Part shown: piece by piece, positions 63,541-64,000 of the stretch
Position numbering within the stretch: the first letter of the stretch is position 1
How the letters are laid out: each line of letters begins with the position of its first letter
Source of the DNA: Hemiscyllium ocellatum
Taxonomy: Eukaryota
DNA: 64,000 nucleotides
Direction: 5' to 3'
NCBI RefSeq assembly: GCF_020745735.1
Contig: NC_083409.1
Coordinates: 10,219,534-10,283,533, forward strand
The notes under the pieces: generated by a model
Seen by the model: only the letters and a program-made list of their open reading frames with translations
Told to the model about the DNA's origin: nothing
Databases searched by the model: none
Made by a program: the position numbers and the translations under genes

Positions 63541-64000
63541 CTGTGCCACCCCACTTGATTCTGGGCAATAAATGCTGACATAGCAAGTGACGCCCAATCC
63601 AGTAAATGAATTAAGAAAAGATCAGTCAAGTTCTGGATAGGACTGTGATGGGTTACTCCCCACTTGCCTGGATGGGTGCTGCTCCAAAAATGATCAAGAA
63701 GCTTGATATCTTCCAGTACAAAGCAGCCTGCTTGATTGGCACCACATCAATAAACATAAACTCCCTCCACCACTGATGCTCAGTAACAGCGGTGTGCACC
63801 ATCTACAAGATGCACTGCAGGAATTCACACCAAGTCTCTTGAGACAGCACTTTCCAAACCCACATCATTTCCATGTAGAAGGACACAAAACACGACCAAA
63901 AACAAGTTCCCCTCCAATCCACATAGAATCTTGATTTGAAAATGTATTACCGTTCCTCCAGTGTCGCTGGATTAAAATCCTGAAATTCCTTCACGAAGAG

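Overview
Eukaryotic genomic DNA from a cartilaginous fish, probably an orectolobiform shark (inferred from the light-chain sequence and the repeat families). The only intact gene is one germline, unrearranged kappa-type (NS4/type III-like) immunoglobulin light-chain cluster on the + strand. It comprises a promoter, leader (39304-39352), V with 12-RSS (39537-39866), J with 23-RSS (40358-40431) and C (49890-50218). Most of the rest is decayed CR1/L2-type LINEs, Penelope elements, Gypsy fragments, tRNA-derived SINEs and GA/CT microsatellites, and most supplied ORFs are retroelement debris or chance frames. Beyond routine annotation: (i) remnant exons of an RNase L/IRE1-type kinase-KEN ribonuclease gene about 10 kb downstream of C, the best at 61372-61490; (ii) a degenerate interstitial telomeric array, containing an assembly gap, inserted into a LINE tail about 750 bp upstream of the Ig leader; (iii) old direct and inverted segmental duplications across 0.5-37.6 kb carrying exon-like and EICE-containing unique units; (iv) a SINE ending in a perfect 52-bp foldback. 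Repeat boundaries are approximate, read by eye. Reference protein motifs are recalled from memory, not searched.
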